Shown here in pieces: positions 24,980 to 37,650 of a stretch of DNA of 64,000 nt. A program made the position numbers and the translations under genes. How positions within the stretch are numbered: position 1 is the stretch's first letter; each line of letters opens with the position of its first letter. The stretch lies in contig JBHGNT010000005.1 in the NCBI GenBank assembly GCA_043228905.1, positions 11,160,001-11,224,000 on the forward strand, given 5' to 3'. The notes beneath the pieces were generated by a model. That model was not told where the DNA came from and did not search any database. It saw nothing but the letters and a program-made list of their open reading frames with translations. The stretch comes from Azolla caroliniana. Lineage: Eukaryota > Plantae > Polypodiophyta.

Positions 24980-26260
24980 ATAGAAATCCGATTCATTCCA
25001 TCTAGATTTGATGCAACATGTCGAATTTTACTCTATACATCTAGAATTGGATATAATGCATTAGATTCCTGTAAGTCTGGAATTTTTTTAAAAATTTCCA
25101 TTAAAAAAATAATCTTGCATTTTAATGCATTGCATTTAATTCTAGCTACATAGACTAAAATATGATACATTGCATGGATTTCCCGAAAATACATAAATAA
25201 ATACAAATTGAAAAAATAAAACATTTTCCCATAAATAAATAAATAAACAATTTTTTGGTATTTTGTTTGTCTATTTTCTCATAAATAACTATATAGAAAT
25301 TGAAAAAATGAATTTTCAAAGGAAATCCGATGCATTGCACCGGATTTCTATTGAAAGTCCACTTTTTGCTATTTGTTACCAAATTTTCATATTTTAAAAT
25401 ATTTTTCTGTATTTTTTAAATTTTTTTTCATTTTTTCCCATAAATAAATAAATAGACAAATAAACAAATTTTTTGTATTTGTTTATATTTTTCTCTAAAA
25501 AAGTGTTAAAAATAAACAAATTGTGATTTTCTCCATTTAAAATGATGTGTTTTCAACGGGAATCCAATGCACTGCATCGGATTCCCGTTAAAAACAGATC
25601 ATTTTCAACAGGATTTTCAATGGAAATCCGATGCAGTGCATCGGATTTCCGTTGAAAGTCCAATATTTTTCTTATGTTTTTTCATAAAACATTAATTTGC
25701 AATTGAAATCCGACTCAATGGTTCAGATTTTGTTGAAAATGTAATATTTTTTTATTATCTCATTGTTTTATGAAAAACCTAAAGAAATTTGGATTTTTAA
25801 TTGAAATTCGATGTAGTGCATTAGATTTCAGTTGGAAATCCACTTTTTTAATATATTTTTATTTATTTTTTGAAAAAATGAAAAACAATTGAAAAGAAAG
25901 AGGATTGCTAGCTAAAATCTGATGCAATGCATCAATGTCTAGCTGTATAGACTACGATCTGATGTAGTGTATCGGATTTCAGTTGAAAAGCCGTTTATTA
26001 TTATTTTATATGGAAAATAAATAAATAAATAACATTGGAAAAAGAAAAAAGAAAAATGGATTTTTGACTCTAATCCAACGCATTGCATTAGATTCTAGCT
26101 ATATATACTAAAATATAATGTAGTGCATAGTATTTAAGCTGAAAATCCATTTTTTATTTTTTAATGGAAATTTTTTAAAAAAATACAAAAAAAAAACTTG
26201 GATTTTCAACTGAAATCTAGTGCATCGCATTGGATTCCAATTAAAAATCCAAGATTTTTT
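24980..26260. repeat. Array of roughly a dozen imperfect ~45-bp palindromes with AT-rich spacers
   Basis: Best copy ~25614-25657 TTTCAATGGAAATCCGATGCA-G-TGCATCGGATTTCCGTTGAAA; others near 25313, 25549, 25697, 25793, 25910, 25950, 26065 and 26200. Confidence 0.85.
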
Positions 26261-26293
26261 ATTTTTTCAAATTTTATTGTTTCAAAATTTCAA

Positions 26294-26760
26294 TGGGTTT
26301 TAGATTAGTTTTCTGACACAGGTATATAATATAAAACTTACATCAATTTAGATTAACATTATATTCTATTCTTTAGTTTGATGTTACGTGTGCAATTTCA
26401 TTCTACTGTCATGTACTACTAAAACATACGCCTTAAAGATTATCAGGAACTCTGTTGCATTAGAGAAGGACCTTGAGCAAGTTAATGTCATCAAAATGAG
26501 GATCCAAGGTATCTGGGGTTATCCTGATCAAGACCAAGAAGTTGGGGCAAAGCATATCAATAAAACTTAGATGTTCCAGATGACTTTTAGAAAACTTGTG
26601 GAACTATAGATGAAGACGCAGGGCAACTTGTTGAATTAGAAGACGTTTCAGAGTCTGAACATACTAACAATTCAACTTAGCGTACTGACGAAGCCAATGA
26701 GGACAATCCTGATGAAAGAGCTAATCCTGAGTAGACGGCTTTACCAGACTTATTATTCGA
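26294..26760 (+). pseudogene. 3' remnant of an amino-methyltransferase gene (end of penultimate exon, intron, last exon)
   Basis: WVLD*FSDTG|gtatat intron 26322-26412, then GTT..ALKIIRNSVALEKD.EQV..I.MRI...W..PDQD.EVGAKHI; homologous to the last exons of 34811-37650 with the same intron position. Confidence 0.85.
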
Positions 26761-27869
26761 TTGAATGGTTATGGCTTATTGTAAATTTTGAACAATATGA
26801 ATTGTTAAATTTTGACGTAATATATAAGTTGAGCTTACTTATAATTTTCGTGTAACAATCATTGAACTTAGAAATTAAGTATACTTGTATGTGTACATGT
26901 TATCTAAACTCTCCTTTTTCATTTGGGGTATATTGGAGATAAGTTTATACTCTATCATTTACTCGTATGATTGGAATGTTATTGTAGACTAGTTTATTTA
27001 TACATTGACAGTGTCATGTATCACGTGTCAATGGAAATTTTCTCTTGACATAGTAGTATCTCTTAATTGCAAGGTTCATAATTTGCTTTAAGATGTATTA
27101 TATTTAAATATACACACATAATTAGAAGAAGTCACTTATTCAATGGGGCATGCTTTTTAGAATATGCACAAGGACCCGTGTTACTATAATACTTGTGTTG
27201 ACAAATACACCCTTGTCTAAGATTTGGACAAAAACATGGTAGATAGAATATACGTCGAATGATTTTGTTGACGTGATATTAGTTAGTTCTTTTTTTCGCT
27301 ATGTTTTCATAAACCACATACACATGCGTCGTGCCTTGTTGAAATTCTGCTTAAATAAGGCATTTTTTAACATCTCACTAAGATATGAAAAAGAGAATGC
27401 GACATATTACCTGTTTCAAATGACCCGGTGTTTAATATCTTATAGATAACAATCAACAAAGTAATTGGTCTCCAATTTTGAAGCTCCTCTAATTGGCCAC
27501 TTGATTTGGGAATCATATATATTAACCCCTCATTCCAATCTTCTGGCATATTTCCAGAATCTAAAATTTGTTGATAAGCTTTGGTTAGTCCCTCACCTAT
27601 CAGATCCCAATACTTTATATACCATTGAACCCCCAACCCATCTAATCCAGGATAAACATCCTTTGCTAAGGTCTTTGCCGCTTTCAGAGTCTCTTGAGGG
27701 CGTAATGGTTTCAAAAGACAATCTGAAAGTGTTATAGATACTCTACTTTGAATCCTTGACCATACAATATCCCGTTTAAACAAATCATCACTAGAAAAGG
27801 ATTCAGCCTTTAGCAAATTTTCATAATAATTCGACGTTATTTGCCTTAGAGTCTCTTGTGTATATTCCT

Positions 27870-28555
27870 CTCCCCATAGTGATATAGTTTGGAGTTTGTG
27901 GACTCCCATGGTTTTTCCCTTTCAGGGGTTTCCATGTAAAATACTTGTGTCTCAGTACTTTGGTTTTCTGTCTTCTGTGATTTCTGTCAGTTAAATCTTT
28001 GCACCTGCATACGCATTAGTGAGAACTGGTTGTGGTCGGTAGGATCCTTACAAATTGGTATCAAAACGATGGACAAACATCTCGGAGGAATGTTTAAGTT
28101 AACCGACTCCAACTACTCTATGTGGAAGTCAAAGATGTGGGACACGTTGGTGTGCAAAGACTTATGGTTGTTGGTGCAATACGACAAGACCGAGCCTAAC
28201 AAGATTGATGCATCGACGTGGGAATTCATGCATCTAAAGGCAGCAACATACATCAAAAGTTTTATAGACATGAGTCTAAATAACAACGTCAACAAAGAGA
28301 CCAAGGCGGATGTCCTTAGGGAGAAGATCGGCATTATGTTCAAGAACAAAAATGTTGTCAGTGTTCCAGAAGATTCTCAGTGTTCTAGAAGATTGTGAGA
28401 CTCCGATATTACGATGGCTCCAGCATGACGGAGCATTTGAATGCCTTCGAGGGACTAATCAACAAGACCACCTCTCTAGAAGTACCTCTTGCCGACAAGG
28501 TATGGCACTATTGTTGTTGGGATCCCTACCGTATAGCTTGGAGATGCTCGTTGTC
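27870..28555 (+). mobile_element. Copia family D fragment: LTR end, PBS, gag start
   Basis: TGGTATCA near 28056; MFKLTDSNYSMWKSKM gag like 33843-34300 and 49270. Confidence 0.85.
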
Positions 28556-28559
28556 ATAT

Positions 28560-28935
28560 TTTAGATATTGTTTATATTTAATATAATCATGGAATATTCT
28601 AGAATGTTCTAGAATACTCTAAATATCTTGTAATAACTAAAAATATAATTATTATGACTATGCGTCATATATGTTATTGTGAAATGCACATAAGAGATCA
28701 AAACCAGCCTCATTAGCTTCTTACTTATTACTCAATTTATAGTTCATGCAAAGGTACCCATTTGGGTTGGCTTACCTAAAAAGGGTGTGCTAAAAGCGTG
28801 GGTCGGCTTAGGTACATGCATGCTAAAAAGGGTATGCTAAAAGGGTGGCACAAAGGATCACATGCACAACACATTATTATCATGGTTAAAGGTCTAACAC
28901 ATAGACCAAGACGTTGTGGATTCGAATCCTTGTAA
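28560..28935 (-). repeat. Chromovirus LTR segment broken at TTAC by a TIR element
   Basis: Similar to 59010-60151; its reverse complement continues the LTR start at 47747-47774. Confidence 0.65.
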
Positions 28936-29500
28936 AACACGTTCGTGTTCAGAAGTGGAAGGATTGCGCGTTTTACTTTTAGATTCCTTTCACAATTGTG
29001 CAAATTTATGCAATATATAGAAACTTGTTACACCAGTGTCACATGTTCGTCAACCCATATAGAATTTGCTCAATTATTAATATTTAACAAGTTTCAAAGT
29101 AAAAAACATGTATTTTTTGAACATTGTTAAAGTTGATGATCTCCAAATACGAAACTTATTTAAAATTATATCATATGACAATTCTTTATTCAATTGACAA
29201 TCGTTAAACTTTCAGACTGTATGATGCAATTTGCAAAGTTGGTTGACATGTGAAAATCATGTACTTCGATCATAAGATGTAGTTAAATTACAGACTATGA
29301 AAATGGTCTATACAACAATTGATCTCGAGGTTTAACCATCGTGTGGAGGTGTAGGGAGAAGAAATGGAAGTGATAGCTATAGTTAGTGATTATGTGTTCT
29401 GCACTCTAATACTTAATGAATGTTGCCCGATATACACACCCATGAGAGAGTTTCCCCAATACACACATATGAGAGAGGACACCCATACACATGTATCATA
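28936..29500. mobile_element. One end of a Sola-like TIR transposon
   Basis: AACACGTTCGTGTTCAGAAGTGGAAGGATTGCGC matches 47775-47808 at 30/34 positions, then diverges; preceded by GTAA (reverse complement of TTAC). Confidence 0.7.
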
Positions 29501-29528
29501 TAATGGATACACTTGGACACTCATTATG

Positions 29529-32500
29529 TGATGGGAACTCAACGCTCCCTATACGCAACGCTCGGCCACAACCGAGCTTAGGATCATACACAGAAAACGG
29601 GAAATAAAACACGACAAGAAGAAGAGGGAGATACACAGGAGGTTCACGTGGAAAACCCCAAACTAGGGGAAAAACCACGGCAACCCACAGGCTGCAAACT
29701 GTCACTATGTAAGAATATACAACCGTGAGTTCATTGAGGCACCGACCTCGTGCTCACTGATCTTCGCCACAGGCGGCGGTTACAACAGAGGCAACGACCT
29801 CTTTCTCTCTCTCTCTCTCTCTCTCTGTACAGTTACACACACTCTCTCTTTTCTTGCACCAACAAGAAAATGAACAACAACTAACACATATTTGCCCTAA
29901 GTCATATTTATACTAATATGACTTTCCGGCTATTTACAAATATAGCCTCGATGGGCTCTCAGAAACATATGTACGAATATGTCTCTTCCTCTGGTTCTCA
30001 CCGGGTCTGCGTCATCCGGCTCTCCGTAGCCGGGTACTCCTTATCCGGTTCTCACCAGGCCTGCACCATCCAACTCTCCGTAGCCAGGTACTCCCCATCC
30101 GGTTCACATCGGGTCTGCACCATCCGGCTCTCCGTAGCCGGGTACTCCTCATCCGGTTCACACCGGGTCTGCACCATCCGGCTCTCCATAGCCGGGTACT
30201 CCTCTTCCGGTTCTTCTCCCTTCCCATCCGGAGGGACCTGTCTCCCAACAAACTCCCCCTTCACTCCGGCATGGGATGTCTTATCAGTCTGATCCTCTTC
30301 CGGCACGCGCTCAGCTTGTCGGGTGTTAGCACTTTGGTCAGCATATCTGACCCGTTCTCGGCCGTGTGGATCTTCATCAATGTGAACTCCTAGTCATCTA
30401 CTCTTTCCCAGATCCAGTGATACCTCTGTTGGATATGCTTCGTCCGGGAATGGTAGGCCGCATTCTTAGCAAGGTGGATGGCACTTTGATTATCGCAATA
30501 GAGTCGGTATTCCTCTTGTCGGATACCGAGCTCTCCAATGAAGTCCTTCATCCATAATATTTCCTTACCGGCTTCCACAGCCGCCATGTACTCCGCCTCT
30601 GTGGTTGACAATGCAACCGTCTTCTGCAGCCTCGACTACCATGAAACAGCTCCCCCTGCATATGTCATTACATACCCGGATGTAGACCGGTTGGTATCCA
30701 CATCAGCCGACATGTCCGAATCGGTGAAACCGTCCAGTTGAGGTTTTCCGGAGCCGAATCGGAGACACATATTTGAAGTGCCCTTCAAATACCGGAGTAT
30801 CCATTTGACCGCGTTCCAGTGCTCCTTGCCGGGATTGCTCATAAACCGGCTCACCACTCCGACTGCGTATCCTATGTCCGGTCGGGTACAAACCATTGCG
30901 TACATCAAGCTCCCGACGGTAGAGGCATATGGAATCTTCATCATATCCGCCTTCTCTGCTTTCGTCTTCGGGCTTTGCTTACCAGACAGCTTGCAGTTTG
31001 CCAGAAGTGTCGATCCGACCGGTTTCGCATCTGACATGTGGAACCGGTGAAGCACCTTTGTCACATACTTCTCCTGTGACAACCATAATTGCTTCTTTGA
31101 CCGGTCCCGAATGATGTGCATCCCCAACATCTGTCTTGCCGGACCCAAGTCTTTCATTGAGAAGGTCCGGTTTAGAGCCTTCTTCAGCATCCATATTTTG
31201 ACTTGGTCACGTCCGACGATCAACATGTCATCGACGTACAGAAGGAGTATTAGGAAGTCGCCTCCTTCGAACTTCTTCACAAACACACAGTGATTGGCAT
31301 GTGTCTTGTGGTACCCTTGATCGGTCATGAAGGAATCGAACTTCCGGTACCATTGTCGGGGAGCCTGCTTCAGTCCGTACAGGCTCTTCTTCAGCCGGCA
31401 TACCAGGCGCTCCTTCCCTTTCTCCACAAATCCTTCCGGTTGCTGCATGTAGATCTCCTCTTCGAGGTCGCCGTGAAGGAATGTTGTCTTCACGTCCAAC
31501 TGCTCTACCTCAAGGTCCATGCTTGCCGCTATACTCAACACCGTCCGGATGGAGGTCATCTTTACTACCGGGGCAAATATCTCGTCGAAGTCCACGCCCT
31601 TCTTCTGCTGGAACCCCTTCACCACGATCCTGGCTTTGTATCTCGGGGGGTTTCCGGCATCTCCCGATTTCAACTTGTACACCCACTTGTTCCGGAGTGC
31701 CCGCTTTCCTTTCGGCAACTCCACCAATTCGTACGTATGGTTCTCATGCAGGGAATCCATCTCGTCCTGCATGGCACTTAACCATTTTCGGTTGTGGGTG
31801 TCATCCTTCGCTTATTTGAAGCTCTCCGGCTCCCCCTCATCGGTCAGCAGAACATGCTCTGCATCCGGAAATCTCCGGGGGGGACCTTCTCTCTCTGAGA
31901 GGATATCTCCGTCTCTGGGCTTCGGTGACCGGCTCATCCATTTGCTCTTCATCCGAATCCCATTCGGGGTCTTGGCCGGTTCCGGTTTTAGCTTCCTCTA
32001 CTTCTTCTTTTGCCTGTTCGATATCCTCACCGTAACCGGCTGGCTCCTCGAGTGCTAACCGGTCTCTTGTCGGTTGGGTCTGTTCATTGTAGAGTCTATC
32101 CTTACCGGTCGACTCGGAGTTCATTATCTTCTTCTCCGACTCCCAGTCGGCGAGCGTCTTGTCCTCCATGAAGATAATATCTCGACTCCGGAATACCTTC
32201 TTGTCGACCGGGTCCCACACTCGGTAGCCGAGCTCATCGTCACCGTAACCGAGGAATATGCATGGCCGGGTCTTTGGATCTAACTTTCCTCTCCGGTCCT
32301 TAGCTACATGCACGTACGCGAGACACCCGAACACCTTCAGATGCCTGTAGGATACTTCCTTACCGGTCCACACTCTCTGTGGCATGTCTCTGTCCAAGGG
32401 TACTGAGGGTGATCTATTTATCACATATGTCGCCGTCGACAATGCCTCAGCCCAAAACTTCTTGGGTAGTTTTGCATGCGCTAGCATATTCTGGACCCTC

Positions 32501-34542
32501 TCCATAATGGTCCGGTTCATCCTCTCGGCCAGTCCGTTTAGTTCCGGCGTCTTCAGCACGGTAAATTCGAGCCGGATTCCCTTCGAGCGGCAGTACTCCT
32601 CGAACTGCCCCCGGTACTCTCCTTCATTATCTGCTCAAACCGCCTTCAGCTTCCGGCCGGTTTCTCTTTCCACTCTCGCGTGGAGCTCTTTCAAGACGGA
32701 TAACACCTGATCCTTCGTCTTCAACAGTGTGGCCCACAGATTCCGGTTGTGGTCATCTATGAACGTCACGAAGTACTGCGCTCCAGCATGTGACTTCGTG
32801 TCTACTTGACACACATCTGTATGCACCAACTCCAATGGTGCATTACGTCTCATCGGTGGCCTTGGTCGGAAGGAGGTCCGGTTCTGCTTACCGGCCAGAC
32901 AATCAGTGCACTTCTCTAAGTGCACGTTCTTCACTGGAATGAGGTTGTCGTTTGCAAGCCTCTTCATCTTCTTCTCTCTCATATGACATAGCCTCTTGTG
33001 CCACAGCTCACCGGCAGTGTCGGATGCCATGTTCACTTCTTTCAGGCATAACCGGGCATTCATCAGGTACAATGAGTTGACCTTCCGGGCCCGAGCCACA
33101 ATCAGGCTCCCTTTGCTGAACTTCATGACACCGTTCCGGATGCTACTCGTGTAGCCTTCATCATCTAGCCGACCGGCTGATATCAGGTTCAGACGAACCT
33201 CCGGAACATGTCGGACATCCTTCAGCAGCAACTTGCATCCGGTTGGTGTTGACAGCCACACGTCTCCTATGCCGACAATTCGGCGTGTACCTTCATTCCC
33301 CATCCGGACACAGCCGTGGTCACCGGCTGAGTAGGATGAGAAGCATTTCCGGTCTGGGGTAAGGTGGAACGATGCTCCGGAGTCTACCACCCAGGTCATC
33401 TCGTCGCCGGCAAGGTTTATCTCACTCTCCTCGGTGATGAGCATCAACTCTTCTTCACTTGTCGTGATTGCCGTCGTTCCCTTCCGGTCCGTCCCCTTCC
33501 GGTCTTTACCGTTCCGGTCCGGGGTCTGCTTCGAATCGGTACCGTCGGTTTCCTTGTCTTTACGGAAATGCCGACAGTTCTTTTGGAAGTGACCCGGCTT
33601 GCCGCAATAGAAGCAAGTGGGCCTCCCCCTTGACTTTGACCGTGTCCCCGACTTCTCCCGGTTCTGGGGACTACAGTTTCTATGTCTTCCGCGTTCCGAT
33701 TCGGTAAGGAGCGCTTTGGAGTCGGAGCTCGTATCTTTATCTTTCCGACGCGCTCCTCATCTAGCAAGCTCGACTTTACTCTTGCTAGGGATAACCGTTT
33801 TCCTTCCGGCCCGGCGTTGCCCAAAGTGACAACCAACGTCTCCTAGCTATCCGGGAGGGAACCAAGCAGGAGTAGCGCTAGTACCTCATTGGCGAGAGGT
33901 ACTTCCAATGAAGTTGCCTGGTGGATCAGCCCCTGGAAGGCATTCATGTGCTCCGCCATGCTGGAGCCATCTTGGTACCGGAGTCTTACTAGCTTCCGGA
34001 ATACCGACACCTGATTGCCAACATTTTTGTTCTGAAACATTATGCCGATCTTCTCCCAGAGCTCATGAGCCTTGCTCTCTTCATTGAAGTTGTTGTACAG
34101 GCTCATGTCGATGAAGCACCGTATGTACGCCATTGTCTTCATGTGCATCACCTCCCATATCGCGGCGTCGATTTTGTCCGGTCTCTTGTCCCCGAACTGA
34201 ACCGGCAGCCAGAGGTCTTTAACCACGAGCATGTCCCTCATCTTCGACTTCCACACTGAATAGTTGGACCCGGTGAGCTTGAACATGCCGCCAAACGATT
34301 CGTCCATTTTCTGTGTCGATTTTGCTCTGATACCACTTGACGGGAACTCAATGCTCCCTATACGCAACGCTCGGCCACAACCGAGCTTAGGATCATACAC
34401 AGAAAACGGGAAATAAAACACGACAAGAAGAAGAGGGAGATACACAAGAGGTTCACGTGGAAAACCCCAAACTAGGGGAAAAACTGTCACTATGTAAGAA
34501 TATACAACCGTGAGTTCACTGAGGCACCGACCTCATGCTCAC
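29529..34542 (-). mobile_element. Ty1/copia (Tnt1/Tork-like, family D with family B-type LTRs), near full length
   Basis: 3' LTR 29529-30250 with adjacent PPT; 5' LTR 34338-34542 truncated; Met PBS 34324-34335; gag, protease (WVVDSGAS), INT, RT (LYVDDML), RNase H ORFs. Confidence 0.95.
29993..30210. repeat. Four 54-bp tandem repeats inside the LTR
   Basis: GGTTC starts at 29993, 30047, 30101, 30155 and 30209. Confidence 0.85.
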
Positions 34543-34810
34543 ATTATGGTCACGCACCCAAAAGTAAGGTGGGTCCGATTCATAGAACATACTCGATGAT
34601 CAAAAGTGAAGCTTAGATTAAAATGATTGTAACAAGTACATTGATTAAAACATGTAGCTTAGTAAAGCTTAGTAATGTTATAACATTAATCGCAATAACA
34701 CAAATATAACAATATAAACATCAGTAGACATGTTTAAAGAAACAACATAAACATGGAATCAAACTTACTTAATAGATAATACAAACTTTGATTATAAAAT
34801 ACAAAATTCA

Positions 34811-37650
34811 TTACATTGCTATAAGTTTATCATTCTCTTCATCTTCCTTTTGATAACTGTCCTCAGAATTCTGTGCATCGGCATCCACTCTAGTTAGGTT
34901 GGCTATCGTGGGGTCCTCCAAAAGCTCATCATCTAGTTCTATAAGCTCCCCATGTTCACCAACCAAGGGAGGAATAGGCTCGCGAGAGGCAGCTTGAAAT
35001 CGTTACGTATCCGCGATATGCTTTGCCCCTACCTCCTCGTCTTGATCTGGGCACTCCCATAAGGCTTTAATCCGCATAGTAATGAAACATACTTGCTCCT
35101 CGTCCTTCTCCAATGCAACTGTATTCCGAAATAGTTTCAAGGCGCATGCAAATGTCGTACCTATCATGAAAATAATAAGATCATAGCTTCAATTAGACAA
35201 CCAATAAGTATATACTTTTGTAGAGCAAAGTCTAAGAACATACCAATGCCAGAAAACAAATCTAAAATCCAATCTCCTTCTTTAGAGAACATTTTGATAA
35301 GGTGCATCATGAGTCGTTGGGGCTTCTGGTAAGGATTGACTAGGCCACGTTCAGTCATCGTGACATGTCGCAATTTCCGCGTAACTACTGGGTACACTAA
35401 CATATTTGAACCTCCGACCTCATTTGAATGTTCCTTAATCCTTTGCCTGTTTATTTCATCATAATAACCAACAGTTATGTATTCAATAGCATTGACAAAC
35501 CGAAAGGTCGGTCCTTTATTAACTTTGGTTTTGCAATGACAAAAAGAAACCAAAATACACGAACTCAAGTATTAGTTACATAAAATTGAATTAATCATTG
35601 TATAAGCCTTACCAAGCAAGGTTCTCTACACCATGACAACGAGAGCTCAATGATTGAGCCACAGATTCATATCCTTGGTCCATAAAATGAAAGACCCTTA
35701 TTCTCCACAAGCTCGTTGTGGTCAATTTAGCGAAATCCTTCACCATTTTCTCCAATTGTTTGAACCTAAATCATTCATCATCATAAGAAGATCTAGCCAT
35801 ACAAAATCTGTATGGAATATCTACAACAAGTAAGGTGTACTCCTTCTTTGGCAACTTCTGGATCATCTCCGCCACATCACCGCAATACACATTATAATAC
35901 AATTCTCGGGTGATATCCTTTTTGTGGCTGAACTTCTTGAAAGTTCCGTCATCGTCCACATCCAATGCCTTCACTAAGCATCGGTCCTTTTCTTTCCGCG
36001 CTCTTTCAAGATGGGCAAGAAATGAAGTTGGAAAATCATGTATATCTTTGACTTCTCCAGGCTTCTTGCTATGACATGGTTTCTATGTGAAACAACAAAA
36101 GAAGTAACTCATACTTATTCTTCAAATATGTAATAAAATAGAATGGCAAATATCAAATATGTAATACTAACCCAATCCTTGAAAGCAATAAAATATTCCA
36201 AGAACGCCTTGTATGAAGACGCAATCAGATACTCTGCAGTTACTTGTGTCCATGTTAAGCAACCGAGTTGCTTCAGCATCACCTCCTGAATTTTCATATA
36301 CACCTTTTAACTAGTAAAGCATAAACAACCATTAGCACTTATGAATACCCTAAACCTGAACATATATTCAAAACAAAAGTATTAGGCTTACTTGTTGAAC
36401 TCTGTGACCATTTCTTCTAAGCTTACCTCTTTCGTCACGATTCTAGACAAGACGGACACAAGTAGCTTCTCTTCTTTTATACCCTGCATGGATCTCCATG
36501 GTGTCAGCTTCATGTCGTCCGCTGCTTCCTCAATGGTCAGATCAATCTTTTTTTCCGCGGTTGACTTCAACTTTCCTTTTTTGTCGTTGACCTTTCATCT
36601 CCTTGTTTTCCCACATTGTAAAGATCTGGTCTTGCAATTCCCAAACAACCCCATCTTTGAAGGTGAGCTGGAACCACAATGCATACTTCCAAATACCATC
36701 TGACTTTACTGCATCGTCCACAATGATCCCAACTTCATAAAGACATTGACATCGAAGTGCTGGAAACATCTTTGGTCCAATTCTCTGCTTGACATCTAAG
36801 TATTCATGGTGAAAATTTTGGATGCACTCTATCGATGACATCTTTTGATGGTAGTCATTGTCGTTGTTATGGTCCCAGGCTAACAACTTCACTTCATCCA
36901 TTCTTAGGGACACGTAAATCTTACATTCAGCATACTTAAAGAAGTATGTTGTGGGATGTTCTCTTACCAACTACATTCTTGCTTCTGCTGAGTGTGATCC
37001 CCCAATGACATAATAGTTATACTGATTGTGTTTTCTTATGTCAAACTCATCTAAACACGAACACTCGTCAAGATCAACCATTACAATTAATGGTACTATT
37101 GTTGCATGTGGATTAATCTTCATTTTCTTTTTGAGGATCTGGACATGTAGTTTGTGAGGCTCCCTGATCTCTAGTGGTCGACGTCTAGGCTTCTCATCGA
37201 CAAGTGGGCGATGGATGTGGGTAATGTGGAGGTTAAAGACATGTCCCTTCTGCACTAGTTTTCTCTACATTATCTCTCGTCTAATTTTATTCTGGTAAGA
37301 CGAAAGCACACCAGATGACAACTTTGCCCATGGTGTTGTCCTCGCATCTTCATCATCCATTGAGCTTGATGAATCTGACTCAGACAGTTTGGTCACTTTC
37401 TTTTTGGATGACCTTGAGTGCACATGCACCTTTTTAGGTGCCACATTTATCAGGGAAAGTAAACGCTCCTCTAACGAGACATGGCCCTGTATGTATGGCC
37501 ATAGTGTTGTCATTAGATTATTGGATGGCTCAATCGCCAATCTGAATGATTTAGGATTGCACGAGTCCTTCACTAATAAGTCTTCGAATACCCACAACTT
37601 GTGAACTCCCTTCGAGCATTCAACAGGAACCACTAGGGTTTCGGAGTCGG
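34811..37650 (-). pseudogene. Spliced gene for a ParB/Srx-like domain fused to a beta-class N6A/N4C DNA methyltransferase; 5' end cut by a gypsy LTR
   Basis: ParB-like IRE...PLIV...YYVIGGSHSAEAR; MTase GDV..M...LLVVDIPY (motif IV), PYQKPQRLMMHLIKMFSKEGDWILDLFSGIG|TTFACALKLFRNTVALEKD (motifs X-I-II); introns 36311-36391, 36083-36171, ~35531-35612 (acceptor mutated) and 35161-35243; several stops and one frameshift. Confidence 0.85.

Larger units (their letters stand above)
24223..27432. mobile_element. Non-autonomous TIR DNA transposon (AACAC termini, 4-bp TSD TAAT), internal-deletion derivative
   Basis: Left end AACACTGGGACATTTGAAACAAGTAATATGTTGCATT versus reverse complement of right end AACACCGGGTCATTTGAAACAGGTAATATGTCGCATT; TAAT at 24219-24222 and 27433-27436; removing it restores the LINE codons YKIL-AK. 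Confidence 0.92.
21735..27870 (-). mobile_element. Degenerate L1/Tx1-type LINE ORF2 (RT and zf-RVT), split by the TIR element at 24223-27432
   Basis: PGLDGL, NWRPITLL.VIYKIL|AKNIARRL, LDFEKAYNRVDW, RYLG, LSLAGRVVVAN, CVMCG..ETLHHVFW; the frame rejoins across the insertion. Confidence 0.9.

Noticed and set aside
24980-26260. CRISPR array
   Set aside because: Repeats are degenerate, spacers are low-complexity and uneven in length, there are no cas genes, and the context is eukaryotic TE.
24223-27432. CACTA/EnSpm assignment from CACTG near the end (also TAGTG at 46091)
   Set aside because: Restoring the LINE target requires AACAC termini and a 4-bp TSD, not CACTA termini with a 3-bp TSD.
29918-30306. 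Repeat-containing proteins
   Set aside because: These are translations of the 54-bp LTR tandem repeat.
34811-37650. Bacterial contamination or a prophage/giant-virus insert
   Set aside because: The gene has spliceosomal introns, is embedded in plant retroelements, and no viral hallmark genes are visible.
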